Positions 48,493 to 58,008 of a stretch of DNA of 64,000 nucleotides are shown in pieces. Where the stretch lies: contig CAYQXJ010000003.1 in the NCBI GenBank assembly GCA_964421565.1, positions 82,465-146,464 of the forward strand. Reading direction: 5' to 3'. This DNA is from an uncultured candidatus Brocadiaceae bacterium. GTDB taxonomy: Bacteria > Planctomycetota > Brocadiia > SM23-32. Within the stretch, counting starts at the first letter, position 1, and each line of letters starts with the position of its first letter. The translations under genes and the position numbers were made by a program. The notes beneath the pieces were generated by a model. That model was not told the origin of the DNA and did no database searches. It saw nothing but the letters and a program-made list of their open reading frames with translations.

Positions 48493-48729
48493 CATCGAGC
48501 GGTACGCACAGAAAGGGCCGCGTTCTGCATTCGCGAACGCAGCGGGTTTGTCTCGAAAGGCAAGAACCTGCTTCTCGCCCCGCATCCCGGGCACGGAAAC
48601 GTTCCGAAACAGGCCGCAGCGCCCGAAGCTTCCGTGGATTTCGGGTTGACAGACCTCGCGGGGGGGTACCCTGTCAAGTCGAAGGACAACTAATAGTTTC
48701 TCTACAGTAAATGGAGAATCTACAACCAG

Positions 48730-49173
48730 ATGAGCAACATGGTGGACGATCCGGCGCACGCCGGCCTCAAGGCGGAGCTGGCTCGGAGGCTGGACGAGTT
48801 GCTCGAGGTGGCCGAAGACCCCGATGTGCCCGTCCCCGCGTGGCGCGAGATGTCCGTGCCCGAGCGCGTGGCGGCCGAGAACGAGTATGACTGCCTCATC
48901 CGTCGCACCGGCCCGATGGAGCGCTACCGCGCGGCCGAACTCGATGCGTACCTCGGAAAAGCTGTCACGCCCGCCCAGAAGGAGCGCCTCGAGGAGGCCG
49001 CCGAGCAGGTCTACGACTTCCCGTTCTTCGGCAGGCTGTTCGCGCTCGAAGGGGCCCTGAAGGGCGGCTACACGAGGTACCAGGCGCGGCTGCCCGATCT
49101 GCGGCGCGAACTGGATGCCCACCAGCAGAAGCACCGTGAACTGCTGGCCGAGCGCGCGAGGCAGATACTGTGA
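48730..49173 (+). CDS. Hypothetical 147-aa protein whose N-terminus resembles a sulfatase C-terminal tail (possibly a truncated gene)
   Basis: NMVDDPAHAGLKAELARRLDELL resembles the conserved ..DP....L...L...L.. tail of arylsulfatases. The frame is open only from 48697, after an AT-rich patch. The stop overlaps the next gene start (GTGA). Confidence 0.4.
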   Translation: MSNMVDDPAHAGLKAELARRLDELLEVAEDPDVPVPAWREMSVPERVAAENEYDCLIRRTGPMERYRAAELDAYLGKAVTPAQKERLEEAAEQVYDFPFFGRLFALEGALKGGYTRYQARLPDLRRELDAHQQKHRELLAERARQIL

Positions 49174-51293
49174 CCGGGAGGCTCCGAAGACAGACTGAAA
49201 GGCATGGCATCGGACGCCGCGACTTCCTGAAGGCAATGACCGTGGCCGCAGCCAGTTGGGGAGATGGCAGCATGAGCAGTTCGGCCGAGAATGCAGTCCG
49301 AGACACCGACCTCCTGCGTACGGAACACGGGTTACGGGCAACGCTGGCCTGGCGGATCTGGCGCCCCGTCTGGGCCGACGAGCAGACGTTCGGCCGGCTG
49401 GTGGAGGCGATGTGCCGCTTTCCCGAGGCGGTGGATGAAGTCGCCCTGTTCGACGATCACATTCACTTCCCGGGTAAGCCTGCCGGAGAGGTGAGGCGGA
49501 CCGCCGAGATAGTTCGGGTCAGGATGGGCGTGCTCCGTTCGGTGGGTCTGCCCGGCGTGGGGGTCAACGTGATCGCGACACTGGGGCACGGGATGCAGGC
49601 GGGGTTCCGTGAAATGCCTTTCCCGCCCACCGTGGGGAACGAGGGGCAGGTCTCCACATCGTGCCCGTGTCCGAACCGGCCTGAGTTTCGCCGTTGGGTC
49701 CAGGATTACTACAGGGCGATGGCCGAAGCCGGTCCGGACTTCATCTGGGTGGACGACGACCTCCGCTCGGTCGCACATGGAGTGCGCTATCCGTGCTTCT
49801 GCGACTTTTGCATACATGCCTTCGGCCACGAGGGCGACCGGGAATCCCTGGTGACCGCGCTGAGTGAGCCGGGAAACGGGCGCCTGCGCAAGGCATGGTC
49901 GGAGTTCTGCGGCGCGAACCTGGTGAGCCTGCTTCGTGAGATCCGCCAAGCGATCGAGGGTGTTGATCCGCGGATCGAGATCGGCCTGATGACGATCGGC
50001 TACAGCCAGAGCACCTACGGCTACCCCATTCGGCTTCTCATGCAAGCGGCCGGCGCCGTGCGCGGGCGGCCGGGGCACGGCTATTACACCGACCGTGAGC
50101 CTCGGTCCATTCTGAAGAAGGTCCTGGACGTCGCGCGTCAGGTTCGCGACTATCCCGACAAGGTGACCAACATCCAGTACGAGCTCGAGAACTGGCCCTA
50201 CATCACGCTCGACAAGTCCGTGCGCACCGTGCTGAACGAGTGCACGTTGTCCGTGATGGCCGGCTGCACCGGCGTGGCGTTCAACGCCGTCTCCGAGCGG
50301 GCCACACGGTTTGAGGAGTATGAGCCGCTTTGGAAGGCGGCCAGCGCGCATCGGGCCGTGTGGGACGGCCTGGCGGACGCGGCACAAGGGCTCCCCGTTG
50401 TGGGCTTTTGGCCGGCCGACCATCCAAACCTGATGGCGCTCCGCCGCGTCACCGACGGCGACTGGTTCCAGGAGCCGGAGGCATATGATATCCAGCAGCC
50501 GAACGAGATGGCCCAGATGGGATTGCCCCTCACCGCCGACCGGCGATCCGCCTGCGGCGTGCTGCTGGCCGGGCGCATCGCCGAGACGTTCACGGACGAC
50601 GAACTGCGGGACATGCTGGGCGGCGCGGTGCTGATGGACGGTCAGGCGCTGGAGGTGCTCTGGGAGCGGGGGCTGGGCGAGCTGACGGGCGTCCGGCCCG
50701 GCCGTCGCACTCCGCCGTGCTTCGAGCGGCTGACCGAGCATGAGCTGAACGGCCCGTTCGGAGGAGACGGGCGGCGCGTGATGCCCTCGTCGAGGGCCGT
50801 CGCGCTCGAGGCGGCGGACGGCGTAGGGGAGCTTTCCCACGCTGTCGCCCAGGCCGACGAGACGGATTTCGGGATGTGCCTCTCGGCATTCGAGAACGAA
50901 CTGGGGGGCCGCGTGGCCGTGAGCACCTACGTGCCGTGGACGCACCTGGGCCGGGCCGGCAAGCGGCATCAGTTGATCGTGCTGGCGGACTGGCTCTGCC
51001 GAGGCAACCTACCTGCAATCATCGAGCAGACCTGCCGCGTGGCGCCGCTGGCGCGGGTGAGCCCCGACGGCGAGTGCGTGGTCCTGACGCTCTTCAACAT
51101 GTCGTTCGATCCAACCGGGCCGCTGACCGTCCGGCTGCTGGCCCGCCCGTGCGGAATGGCCCTGCTGACACCGTCGGGCCGCGTGCCCGTCGAGACGCGC
51201 TCGGAGCGTGGTGGGACACTCCTGGCGGTGCCGACCCTCGATCCCTGGCAGATCGCCGTGCTCGTCGGGCCCGAGCCGGCCGCAGTCCAATAG
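49170..51293 (+). CDS. Large Tat-signal hypothetical protein (707 aa)
   Basis: Twin-arginine leader GIGRRDFLKAMTVAAAS, Cys-rich segment STSCPCPNRPEF...YPCFCDFCIHAF, strong GC3 bias. No family recognised. Confidence 0.6.
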   Translation: MTGRLRRQTERHGIGRRDFLKAMTVAAASWGDGSMSSSAENAVRDTDLLRTEHGLRATLAWRIWRPVWADEQTFGRLVEAMCRFPEAVDEVALFDDHIHFPGKPAGEVRRTAEIVRVRMGVLRSVGLPGVGVNVIATLGHGMQAGFREMPFPPTVGNEGQVSTSCPCPNRPEFRRWVQDYYRAMAEAGPDFIWVDDDLRSVAHGVRYPCFCDFCIHAFGHEGDRESLVTALSEPGNGRLRKAWSEFCGANLVSLLREIRQAIEGVDPRIEIGLMTIGYSQSTYGYPIRLLMQAAGAVRGRPGHGYYTDREPRSILKKVLDVARQVRDYPDKVTNIQYELENWPYITLDKSVRTVLNECTLSVMAGCTGVAFNAVSERATRFEEYEPLWKAASAHRAVWDGLADAAQGLPVVGFWPADHPNLMALRRVTDGDWFQEPEAYDIQQPNEMAQMGLPLTADRRSACGVLLAGRIAETFTDDELRDMLGGAVLMDGQALEVLWERGLGELTGVRPGRRTPPCFERLTEHELNGPFGGDGRRVMPSSRAVALEAADGVGELSHAVAQADETDFGMCLSAFENELGGRVAVSTYVPWTHLGRAGKRHQLIVLADWLCRGNLPAIIEQTCRVAPLARVSPDGECVVLTLFNMSFDPTGPLTVRLLARPCGMALLTPSGRVPVETRSERGGTLLAVPTLDPWQIAVLVGPEPAAVQ

Positions 51294-51325
51294 ATCCGCA
51301 GAACCATGCCACGGAACGTCCGCGC

Positions 51326-52924
51326 ATGCTGACCAGAAGATCTTTCACCAAACTGCTGGGTGGGGCGGCCGCCGCCACGGCGGTGCCGCGATGGGCCGAA
51401 GCCGGCCGTAGAACCGCTTCAGGAGAGAGCAGCATGAAGAACGTCCTCATCATCCACACCGACCAGCAACGCTACGACAGCCTGGGCTGCACCGGCAACC
51501 CCCACGCCATGACGCCCAACATCGACCGCCTCGCCGCGGAAGGTATCCTCTTCACGCGCCACATCGCCGCCAACTCCGTCTGCATGCCCTCCCGCGCGAC
51601 GCTCATGACAGGTCGCTATCCCGTCGGCCATGGCGTGTGGGACAACGGCGTTGCCCTGAACCGGCGCGAGTACATGGAGTTCAGCCGCGTGCGCGACGGC
51701 GAGGGCATCGTCATCGAGCCGGTGACGATTGCGGACGTCTTCGCGCAGCACGGCTACCGGACGGCCTGTTTCGGCAAAATGCACCTGACGCCGTTCTTTT
51801 CACCGCCCTCCTACGGGTATCCGGAGTCTCAACTGCACTGGCAGCGGGACCCCGAGAGCCTGCGGGACTGGCACGGGCCGTACTACGGTTTCGAGCACGT
51901 CGACCTCGCGTTCACTCACGGGCAGCTCAGCCAGGGCCATTACCGTCTGTGGCTGAGGGAGAACCATCCCGAGGTCTACCGCGCCGCGACGGAGAGCGAG
52001 CACCCGGAGGTCATTCCCGGGCTGAAGGACCTGTACCCGGCCGACGTGCCGCTTGAACTGCATCCGACCATGTGGCTGGCGGAGCGTTTCGAGAGCTACC
52101 TGGAAGATGCCGCCGGGAACGCACCGTTCATGGCCTTCATCGGCTTCCCCGACCCCCATCACCCCTGGGCGCCGACGCGGGAGGCGCTCGAGATATTCAA
52201 GGACAGCGACGTGCTGCCGCCGGCGGACCCGGAGGGGGCGGGTCTGCGGGGTTACGTCTTCGGCGGCACCGGCAGCCGCATCGGCGGATGGACCGACGAG
52301 CAGAAACGCATCGTGCGGCGTTACACCCTCGCACAGGTCTACCAGATCGACCTCGCCGTGGGGCGCATCCGCGACGCCCTGCAGCGCCGCGGCCTGTGGG
52401 GCCAGACGCTGGTGGTCTTCACCAGCGACCACGGCGACTTCCTGGGCGATCACGGCTTCCTGCGCAAAGGCGTCTGCGCGGCCCACTCGCTGCTGCGCCT
52501 GCCGTTCGTCCTGCGTGTGCCGTGGGCCGAGGGGTTGCCCGCGCGCATGGACGCGACGATGAGCAACTGCGACGTCCTGGCGACGGCGCTGGCGCAGGTC
52601 GGGCTGCCCGGCCCGGAGCACGCGCAGGGGCGTGACATCTTCGAGGCGATGCATTCCGGGGCCCGGCACCGTGCCTATGCAGACTGCGGCCGGGGCACTC
52701 CCGACACGAACAACTACACCGTCTACGACGATCGCTACCGCTACACCATCTACCCCCAGCGTGGCCGCGAGGAGCTGTTCGACCACGAGGCCGATCCGGG
52801 CGAGAGCCGGAACCTGGCCGGTGAGCCCGCCCACGCCGGTCGCTGCCGGGCCATGCTCGACCAAGTGAAGGACCACCTGCTGCGTCATCGCACGCCGATC
52901 GTCGGGCGGGTCGGTCCCTGGTAA
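51326..52924 (+). CDS. Arylsulfatase-family (formylglycine-dependent) sulfatase with Tat signal
   Basis: MLTRRSFTKLLGGAAAATAV, IIHTDQQRYDSLG, FGly motif SVCMPSRATLMTGR, SDHGDFLGDHG. ATG 51326 within track ORF 50876..52924. Confidence 0.9.
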   Translation: MLTRRSFTKLLGGAAAATAVPRWAEAGRRTASGESSMKNVLIIHTDQQRYDSLGCTGNPHAMTPNIDRLAAEGILFTRHIAANSVCMPSRATLMTGRYPVGHGVWDNGVALNRREYMEFSRVRDGEGIVIEPVTIADVFAQHGYRTACFGKMHLTPFFSPPSYGYPESQLHWQRDPESLRDWHGPYYGFEHVDLAFTHGQLSQGHYRLWLRENHPEVYRAATESEHPEVIPGLKDLYPADVPLELHPTMWLAERFESYLEDAAGNAPFMAFIGFPDPHHPWAPTREALEIFKDSDVLPPADPEGAGLRGYVFGGTGSRIGGWTDEQKRIVRRYTLAQVYQIDLAVGRIRDALQRRGLWGQTLVVFTSDHGDFLGDHGFLRKGVCAAHSLLRLPFVLRVPWAEGLPARMDATMSNCDVLATALAQVGLPGPEHAQGRDIFEAMHSGARHRAYADCGRGTPDTNNYTVYDDRYRYTIYPQRGREELFDHEADPGESRNLAGEPAHAGRCRAMLDQVKDHLLRHRTPIVGRVGPW

Positions 52925-52931
52925 CCGGAGG

Positions 52932-53241
52932 TCACTTGCGTTCGAGCTTGACGTCGCCTTCCGCCAGCGCGACCAGCGCGTCGGACTTCAGCCACGCCTG
53001 TGCCTCGGCGTCGGAGCGCAGGTGGGCGTCGCAGAAAGCGGTGGTGGCCTGCTTGACCCCGGTCGAAGACGGCCTCCGGCTCACCGGCCTCGCCCTCCCC
53101 GCGCCTGTCGGCGAGGCGCCTCTGGATTCGCTCCACCTCCCGCTCGGAGAGCTCACGCCCGATGCGGTCCTCCAGGCGCCTGCGCACGAACGGGGTGAGC
53201 CGGCGCGGGCGGCGAGGGCGGCGCGAGGCTGCCGGACGCAT
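52932..53241 (-). pseudogene. Small ORF apparently split by a frameshift at a G4 run (~53057-53060)
   Basis: GC3-rich coding signal switches frame. ...LTPFVRRRLEDRIGRELSEREVERIQRRLADRRGEGEAGEPEAVFDRG (frame of 52885..53241) continues as VKQATTAFCDAHLRSDAEAQAWLKSDALVALAEGDVKLERK-TGA (frame of 52932..53639). Confidence 0.3.
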
Positions 53242-53556
53242 CGGCGAGCGAGCGGCGAGGCCGGACGGCGGGCCGGCGAAGCCGTCGGCGGAGCCGTGGG
53301 CGGCGCCGCCGAGAAAGTCCGGGGCGCCCTGGGCGGCTTGCTCGGAGGCGGCGACGAAGAGCAGGAGCAGTAGCCGTGCTCACAGAGGGTCAAAGCGCAA
53401 GGCCGTGACACCGTCCAGACCGGCCGAGTCGGCCGGCTCGACGGAGACGACCTCGATTCGGAGCGTGCATTCGCCCTCGGCCAGATCCACCTGGCCCAGC
53501 GCACCGACGTCGGCTGGCAAGACACATCGCTGGAGAACGCCCCCGCCGAGCTGCTG

Positions 53557-55128
53557 TTGACGAAGGACCCCCGCTCGACCGCTGCGGCGCAGTACGTGGA
53601 GGGCTGGCCGGGCGGCGAAGGGCGCGTGCCGTGGGGCATGTGGTTGCGGCCCCTGTCGCGATGGGCCGTGCTGATGGCCTTCTTCTACCTGGCCACGTTT
53701 TTCCTGTGCGCGATGATGCGACGGCAATGGGTGGACAGGGAGCGGTTGCAGTTCCCCCTGGCGCGCGTTCCGATGGACTTCACCGCGGGGGCCGGGCGCA
53801 ACGGCTTTCTGCCGGCGCTGTTTCAGAACCGGCCGTTCCTGACGGGTCTGATCGGCGGGGCGGCGTTCCGCGCGCTCCGCTCGGCTCCGGCCCTGCTCGG
53901 CGGGCAGGTCGTGTGGAATATCAGCGTGCCGCTGCAGGACGTGTTCCAGGGCACCCCCCTTTCGCAGATGTACCTGGTGAACTTCGACCTGAACTGGATC
54001 GCGATCGGCATCGCCTACCTGGTCCCTGCCGACGTGTCGCTGAGCGTGTGGTTCTTCTACATGTTTGGGCGGCTCGAGCTGCAGGCGTCGGCATGGGCCG
54101 GCTCCACTCTGCACCAGGGCGGCACGGGTTCGGAACTGGTGCGCTGGCAGCGGCTGGGGGCGTACGTGACCTTCACCGTGGGCGCGCTCTACATGGCGCG
54201 GCGGCACCTGGGGCAGGTGCTGGCCCGGGCACTCGGCCGGGGTTCGGCGGACGACAGCGGGGAGCCGGTGGGCTTCCGGCTCGCCTTCTGGGGCTTCGTG
54301 CTCTGCACGCTCGGCGCGGCCGGGTGGTTCGTGCACTTCGGGATGGGCACGGTGGCCGCAGCGGCGCTGCTGGCGTTGCTGCTGTGCACCCAGTTCGTGC
54401 ACGCGCGAATCGTGGCGCAGAGCGGCCTGTATCGCACCTCGCCGCTTGCGCGCGGGCCGGGGTTGCTGCAATCGCTGAGCGGCGGCCGGCTGTTCGGCGC
54501 GCGGGGCGCCACGCTTTCGAACATGCAGTACACGGCGATGATCGGCGGCAACAACTCCATGCTCGGCCCGGCGGCGATCCACGCGTTCTTCATCAGCGAC
54601 GTTTTCGGCAGGCGCAAGCGTTGGCTACTGCCGGCCATGCTGGCCGCGCTGAGCGTGGCGATCGCCGGTTCCGCGGGGATGGCGATCTACCAGGGCTACT
54701 TCAGCGGCGGCGTCAACTTTGCGAACCGCTGGGCCGTCATCAACAACCCCATGAACTCGTTCGAGATGGCGCACCTGATGATCAGCCGTCCCCAGGCGGC
54801 CGAGAGCGTGCGGTGGCTGCCGCTCGGGCTTGGGGTCGGGCTCACCGCGCTGGTGATGTTCATGCGTGCGCGCTTCTACTGGTGGCCGGTGCACTCGATA
54901 GGCATCCTCGCCCTGGCGGAGTACGGGCTGGACCGCATGTGGTTCTCGTTCTTCCTCGGCTGGCTGGTGAAGGTGACGCTCCTGAAGACCGGCCGCGGCC
55001 AGTTGGTGCGCGGGGGCAGGTCGTTCTTCGTCGGGTTCATCGTCAGCGAATGCGCCTTCTACAGCGCGTGGAGCGTCGTCAGCCTCATAACACGCGGCGG
55101 AGTGCCCGGCGCGGGCGGCTGGATCTAA
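53557..55128 (+). CDS. Polytopic membrane protein (DUF6785-like by recollection), possibly 5'-truncated
   Basis: About 12 predicted hydrophobic helices (PWGMWLRPLSRWAVLMAFFYLATFFLCAMMRRQWVDRERLQFPLA). First start is TTG 53557, but the GC3-rich frame is open back to 53374 with no start codon. Confidence 0.55.
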   Translation: MTKDPRSTAAAQYVEGWPGGEGRVPWGMWLRPLSRWAVLMAFFYLATFFLCAMMRRQWVDRERLQFPLARVPMDFTAGAGRNGFLPALFQNRPFLTGLIGGAAFRALRSAPALLGGQVVWNISVPLQDVFQGTPLSQMYLVNFDLNWIAIGIAYLVPADVSLSVWFFYMFGRLELQASAWAGSTLHQGGTGSELVRWQRLGAYVTFTVGALYMARRHLGQVLARALGRGSADDSGEPVGFRLAFWGFVLCTLGAAGWFVHFGMGTVAAAALLALLLCTQFVHARIVAQSGLYRTSPLARGPGLLQSLSGGRLFGARGATLSNMQYTAMIGGNNSMLGPAAIHAFFISDVFGRRKRWLLPAMLAALSVAIAGSAGMAIYQGYFSGGVNFANRWAVINNPMNSFEMAHLMISRPQAAESVRWLPLGLGVGLTALVMFMRARFYWWPVHSIGILALAEYGLDRMWFSFFLGWLVKVTLLKTGRGQLVRGGRSFFVGFIVSECAFYSAWSVVSLITRGGVPGAGGWI

Positions 55129-57707
55129 CCGCCTGCCGACCCGGCCCGCCCTGACGGAGGGTTCGCGAGGCACGGGCCGATGATGCTCGCCGCGACCGAG
55201 ACGTTCGGCGGCGCCAGGCTCTCGTGATGGAAGCCGGGCACGCGGTGCACGACCAGTTCCTCGCACCACTTCTCCCACCCCCGGCGCGGGTCGCGCAGGG
55301 CGAGTATCCGCGTGTCCAGTGACCACAGGTAGGTGACGCGACCGGCGTAGTGACGTGGCTGCCAGCGGATGCTCGCCTGGCGCATGCCGCCTATCAACTC
55401 GCCCGCGTCGCGGCGGATGGCCTGCGCCGGACGGTAGCCGGGCAGACGAGACCGCGCCAGGCGCGCCAGTCCCCGTGCAGCCGCCAGGGGCGAGCCGAGC
55501 GCACGGTTCACCACACCGTAGAGCCCCCAGAACGGCGCCCAGCGCCCAACGCGGCAGAGCGTGTCAAGCATCATCATCATGCCCACCTCCTGGCCGCCCT
55601 CGCGCAGCAGACAGGCCATCTCCAGGGCCACGACCCCTCCGGCGGAGACGCCGCCGAGGTGGTAGGGTCCGCGTCCCTGCAGTTGGCGAACAACTCGCAC
55701 GTAGCTGCGGGCAAGGGCGCCGACTTCCACCGGTTCCGCGACGGGAAGGCCCCACTCGCTAAGCCCGAAGACGGGCTGATCGGGGCCGAGTTCCTTCGCC
55801 AGGGGGAAGAGGATCCACGCCGTGCCGGGGCAGACCACGAATAACGGGGGGCGCTCTCCCAACGGCTGGATGGGCACCACAGGCCCTTTTCGGCGCGCTT
55901 CCCCATCGCCCAGCAGCGCCCGCGCCACGCCGTCGGGCGTCGGACCGGCGTAGAAAAGCCCACCGGAGACGCGGGCGCCGGTGAGTGCCTCCAGCCGCGT
56001 GAGCATGCGCGCGGCGTCCATCGAGTCGCCCCCGAGCTCGAAGAAGTTGGCGTCGAGGGGCACCTCGTCCACCGGCAGCACCTGCTCCCACACGGACCTC
56101 ACCAGCCTCATGAGAGCGTCGGGAACGGCGGGGGCCGCGGGGGCTCCCCAGCCGATGGGTCGCGCGGACAGGTCGGCCAGTCTCGCCCGCTGCAGCTTGC
56201 CCGTGGCCGTCCGCGGCAGCGCATCGGCCGTGCAGATGCGAACGGGCACATAGCGCGCCGGCAGCCTTTCGGTAACCGCCTGCGCAAGCTCGCCGAGCGT
56301 CGGCTCTGCGCCCTGCCTCAGCACTAGCACCGCCGCCAGTTGCTGTCCCAGCCGTTCGTGCGGCAGCCCGAAGCAGCCGGCCTCGAGCACGTCGGGGTGC
56401 GCCGCGAGCGCCTGTTCCACCTCGCCCGGGGCGATCGTCTCGCCCCCGCGGTTGATCATCTCCTTGACGCGGCCGCTCAGATACAGGTATCCGTCCTCGT
56501 CCACGTGGCCCATGTCACCGGTCAGCAGCCAGCCGTCGCGAAAGGCTTCGGCGTTCACCTCCTCGTCCGCCTCGTAACGCTCGATCACGTTGCGCCCCCG
56601 CACGGCTACCTGACCCACATGCCCGGGCGGCAGGCTACGGCCGGACTCGTCCCACACGGCGACCTGTGGCCCGGCAGGCATGCCGACCGACCGGATCCTG
56701 CGCTCGCCCGGCGGCAGGGGATTCGAAGTGATCTGCGGCGACGCCTCGGTCATGCCGTATGACTCGACCACCGGCGCGCCGAACGCAGACTCCAGCCCGC
56801 GCAGCACGTCCGCAGGCAGCGAGCTCGCCGCCGAGCGGATGAAGCGCAGCCGGTGCCCGACCGGCGCACCGTCGCGGCGACGCAGCGCCCCCAGCAGCGC
56901 TCGATGAAATGCCGGGGCGGCCGAGTAGTAGGTGATGCCCGATTCGGCGATAAGGTCGAGGGCCTGTTCCGCCTCGAACACGCCCGGGTATACGACGCTG
57001 CCGCCGGCCAGCAGCGGTGCCAGCACGCAGGCCGACAGCGCGTGCAGGTGGAACAGCGGCATCACGTTCAGGCAGCGGTCGGTCGGACCGAGCCGACAGA
57101 CCTCGGCGATGGCCAGGGCGGAGAAGCAGAGCCCGTCGTGCGTGAGCGGCACCGTCTTGGGCGCCCGGGTCGTGCCGGAGGTGCTCAGAAGCAGCGCCAC
57201 ATCGTCGGGCACGCCAACGCCTGGCAGAACAGCCGCGCGGCCCGTGTCGCCCTCCAGCCGGAACATGCCGGCCGGGGCGCCGTCCGGGCGCACCACGTCA
57301 ATGACCGGCGCGTCGGCGCCCTGCGCCGCCTGGCGCGCAACCGCCCCGCCTTCCGCCGGCGCCATCACCGCGCTGACGCCGAGCGAACGGAGGGTGCGGC
57401 GCAGGCCCTGCTCGGGGATATCGGGGTCGAGCGGAGCGAACTGCGCGCTCGCCGCCACCGCGAGGTACGCCGTGGCCAGTTCGGGGCCCTGGGGCAGAAC
57501 GGCGGCCACCCTCTGCCCACGGGCGATCCCACGCCGGGCCAGAGCCTGCCGGATCCGGTGCATCTGATCGACCAGGGCGCCGTAGGTCATTGCCGGCCGG
57601 CCGGGGGCCAGGATGGCATCTGCTTCAGGCCTGCGTTCTGCGACTGCCTGCAGTTGCTCGCCGATGCACATCGGCGGCAGCGAAGCGCAGCTCAGTTGCA
57701 GCCTCAC
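55125..57707 (-). CDS. NRPS-like tridomain enzyme: adenylation (acyl-AMP ligase) - thiolation - thioesterase
   Basis: A-domain cores LLLSTSGTTRAPKTV, ESYGMTE, LLTGDMG, GRVKEMINRGGETIAPGEVE, PRTATGKLQR. Carrier motif FFELGGDSMDA (Ser codon 56024..56022). TE GxSxG GGVSAGG (Ser 55646..55644) and C-terminal GFHHE. Alternative start ATG 57671. Confidence 0.9.
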   Translation of the reverse strand: MRLQLSCASLPPMCIGEQLQAVAERRPEADAILAPGRPAMTYGALVDQMHRIRQALARRGIARGQRVAAVLPQGPELATAYLAVAASAQFAPLDPDIPEQGLRRTLRSLGVSAVMAPAEGGAVARQAAQGADAPVIDVVRPDGAPAGMFRLEGDTGRAAVLPGVGVPDDVALLLSTSGTTRAPKTVPLTHDGLCFSALAIAEVCRLGPTDRCLNVMPLFHLHALSACVLAPLLAGGSVVYPGVFEAEQALDLIAESGITYYSAAPAFHRALLGALRRRDGAPVGHRLRFIRSAASSLPADVLRGLESAFGAPVVESYGMTEASPQITSNPLPPGERRIRSVGMPAGPQVAVWDESGRSLPPGHVGQVAVRGRNVIERYEADEEVNAEAFRDGWLLTGDMGHVDEDGYLYLSGRVKEMINRGGETIAPGEVEQALAAHPDVLEAGCFGLPHERLGQQLAAVLVLRQGAEPTLGELAQAVTERLPARYVPVRICTADALPRTATGKLQRARLADLSARPIGWGAPAAPAVPDALMRLVRSVWEQVLPVDEVPLDANFFELGGDSMDAARMLTRLEALTGARVSGGLFYAGPTPDGVARALLGDGEARRKGPVVPIQPLGERPPLFVVCPGTAWILFPLAKELGPDQPVFGLSEWGLPVAEPVEVGALARSYVRVVRQLQGRGPYHLGGVSAGGVVALEMACLLREGGQEVGMMMMLDTLCRVGRWAPFWGLYGVVNRALGSPLAAARGLARLARSRLPGYRPAQAIRRDAGELIGGMRQASIRWQPRHYAGRVTYLWSLDTRILALRDPRRGWEKWCEELVVHRVPGFHHESLAPPNVSVAASIIGPCLANPPSGRAGSAGG

Positions 57708-57750
57708 GGGTGCGCCCCCACCGCGGGTCCCTCAGCTCGCCAGTCATCCG

Positions 57751-57996
57751 TCATTCGTGCTCTTCCCCCGCCTGGGCCTGCTCCATCAACTGACCGATCG
57801 TCCGCACCTCCAGCAAGCCCTGGGGCGAGAACTTCACTCCGTAGCGGGCTTCCAGCCGCGTCACAACCCGAAGCATCTGCGCCGAGTCGACGGGTATATC
57901 CTCCCCCAGAACGGAGCTCTCCCGCACCTGCACACCGGACAGGTCCACGTATTCGGACATGGTAGCGAGCAGTTGCTCCAACGACAGGTTCGCCAT
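57751..57996 (-). CDS. Stand-alone acyl/peptidyl carrier protein
   Basis: 81 aa with attachment motif GEDIPVDSAQMLRVV. ATG 12 nt after the PKS stop, preceded by GGGAGG. Confidence 0.85.
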   Translation of the reverse strand: MANLSLEQLLATMSEYVDLSGVQVRESSVLGEDIPVDSAQMLRVVTRLEARYGVKFSPQGLLEVRTIGQLMEQAQAGEEHE

Positions 57997-58008
57997 GCCG
58001 ACCTCCCG

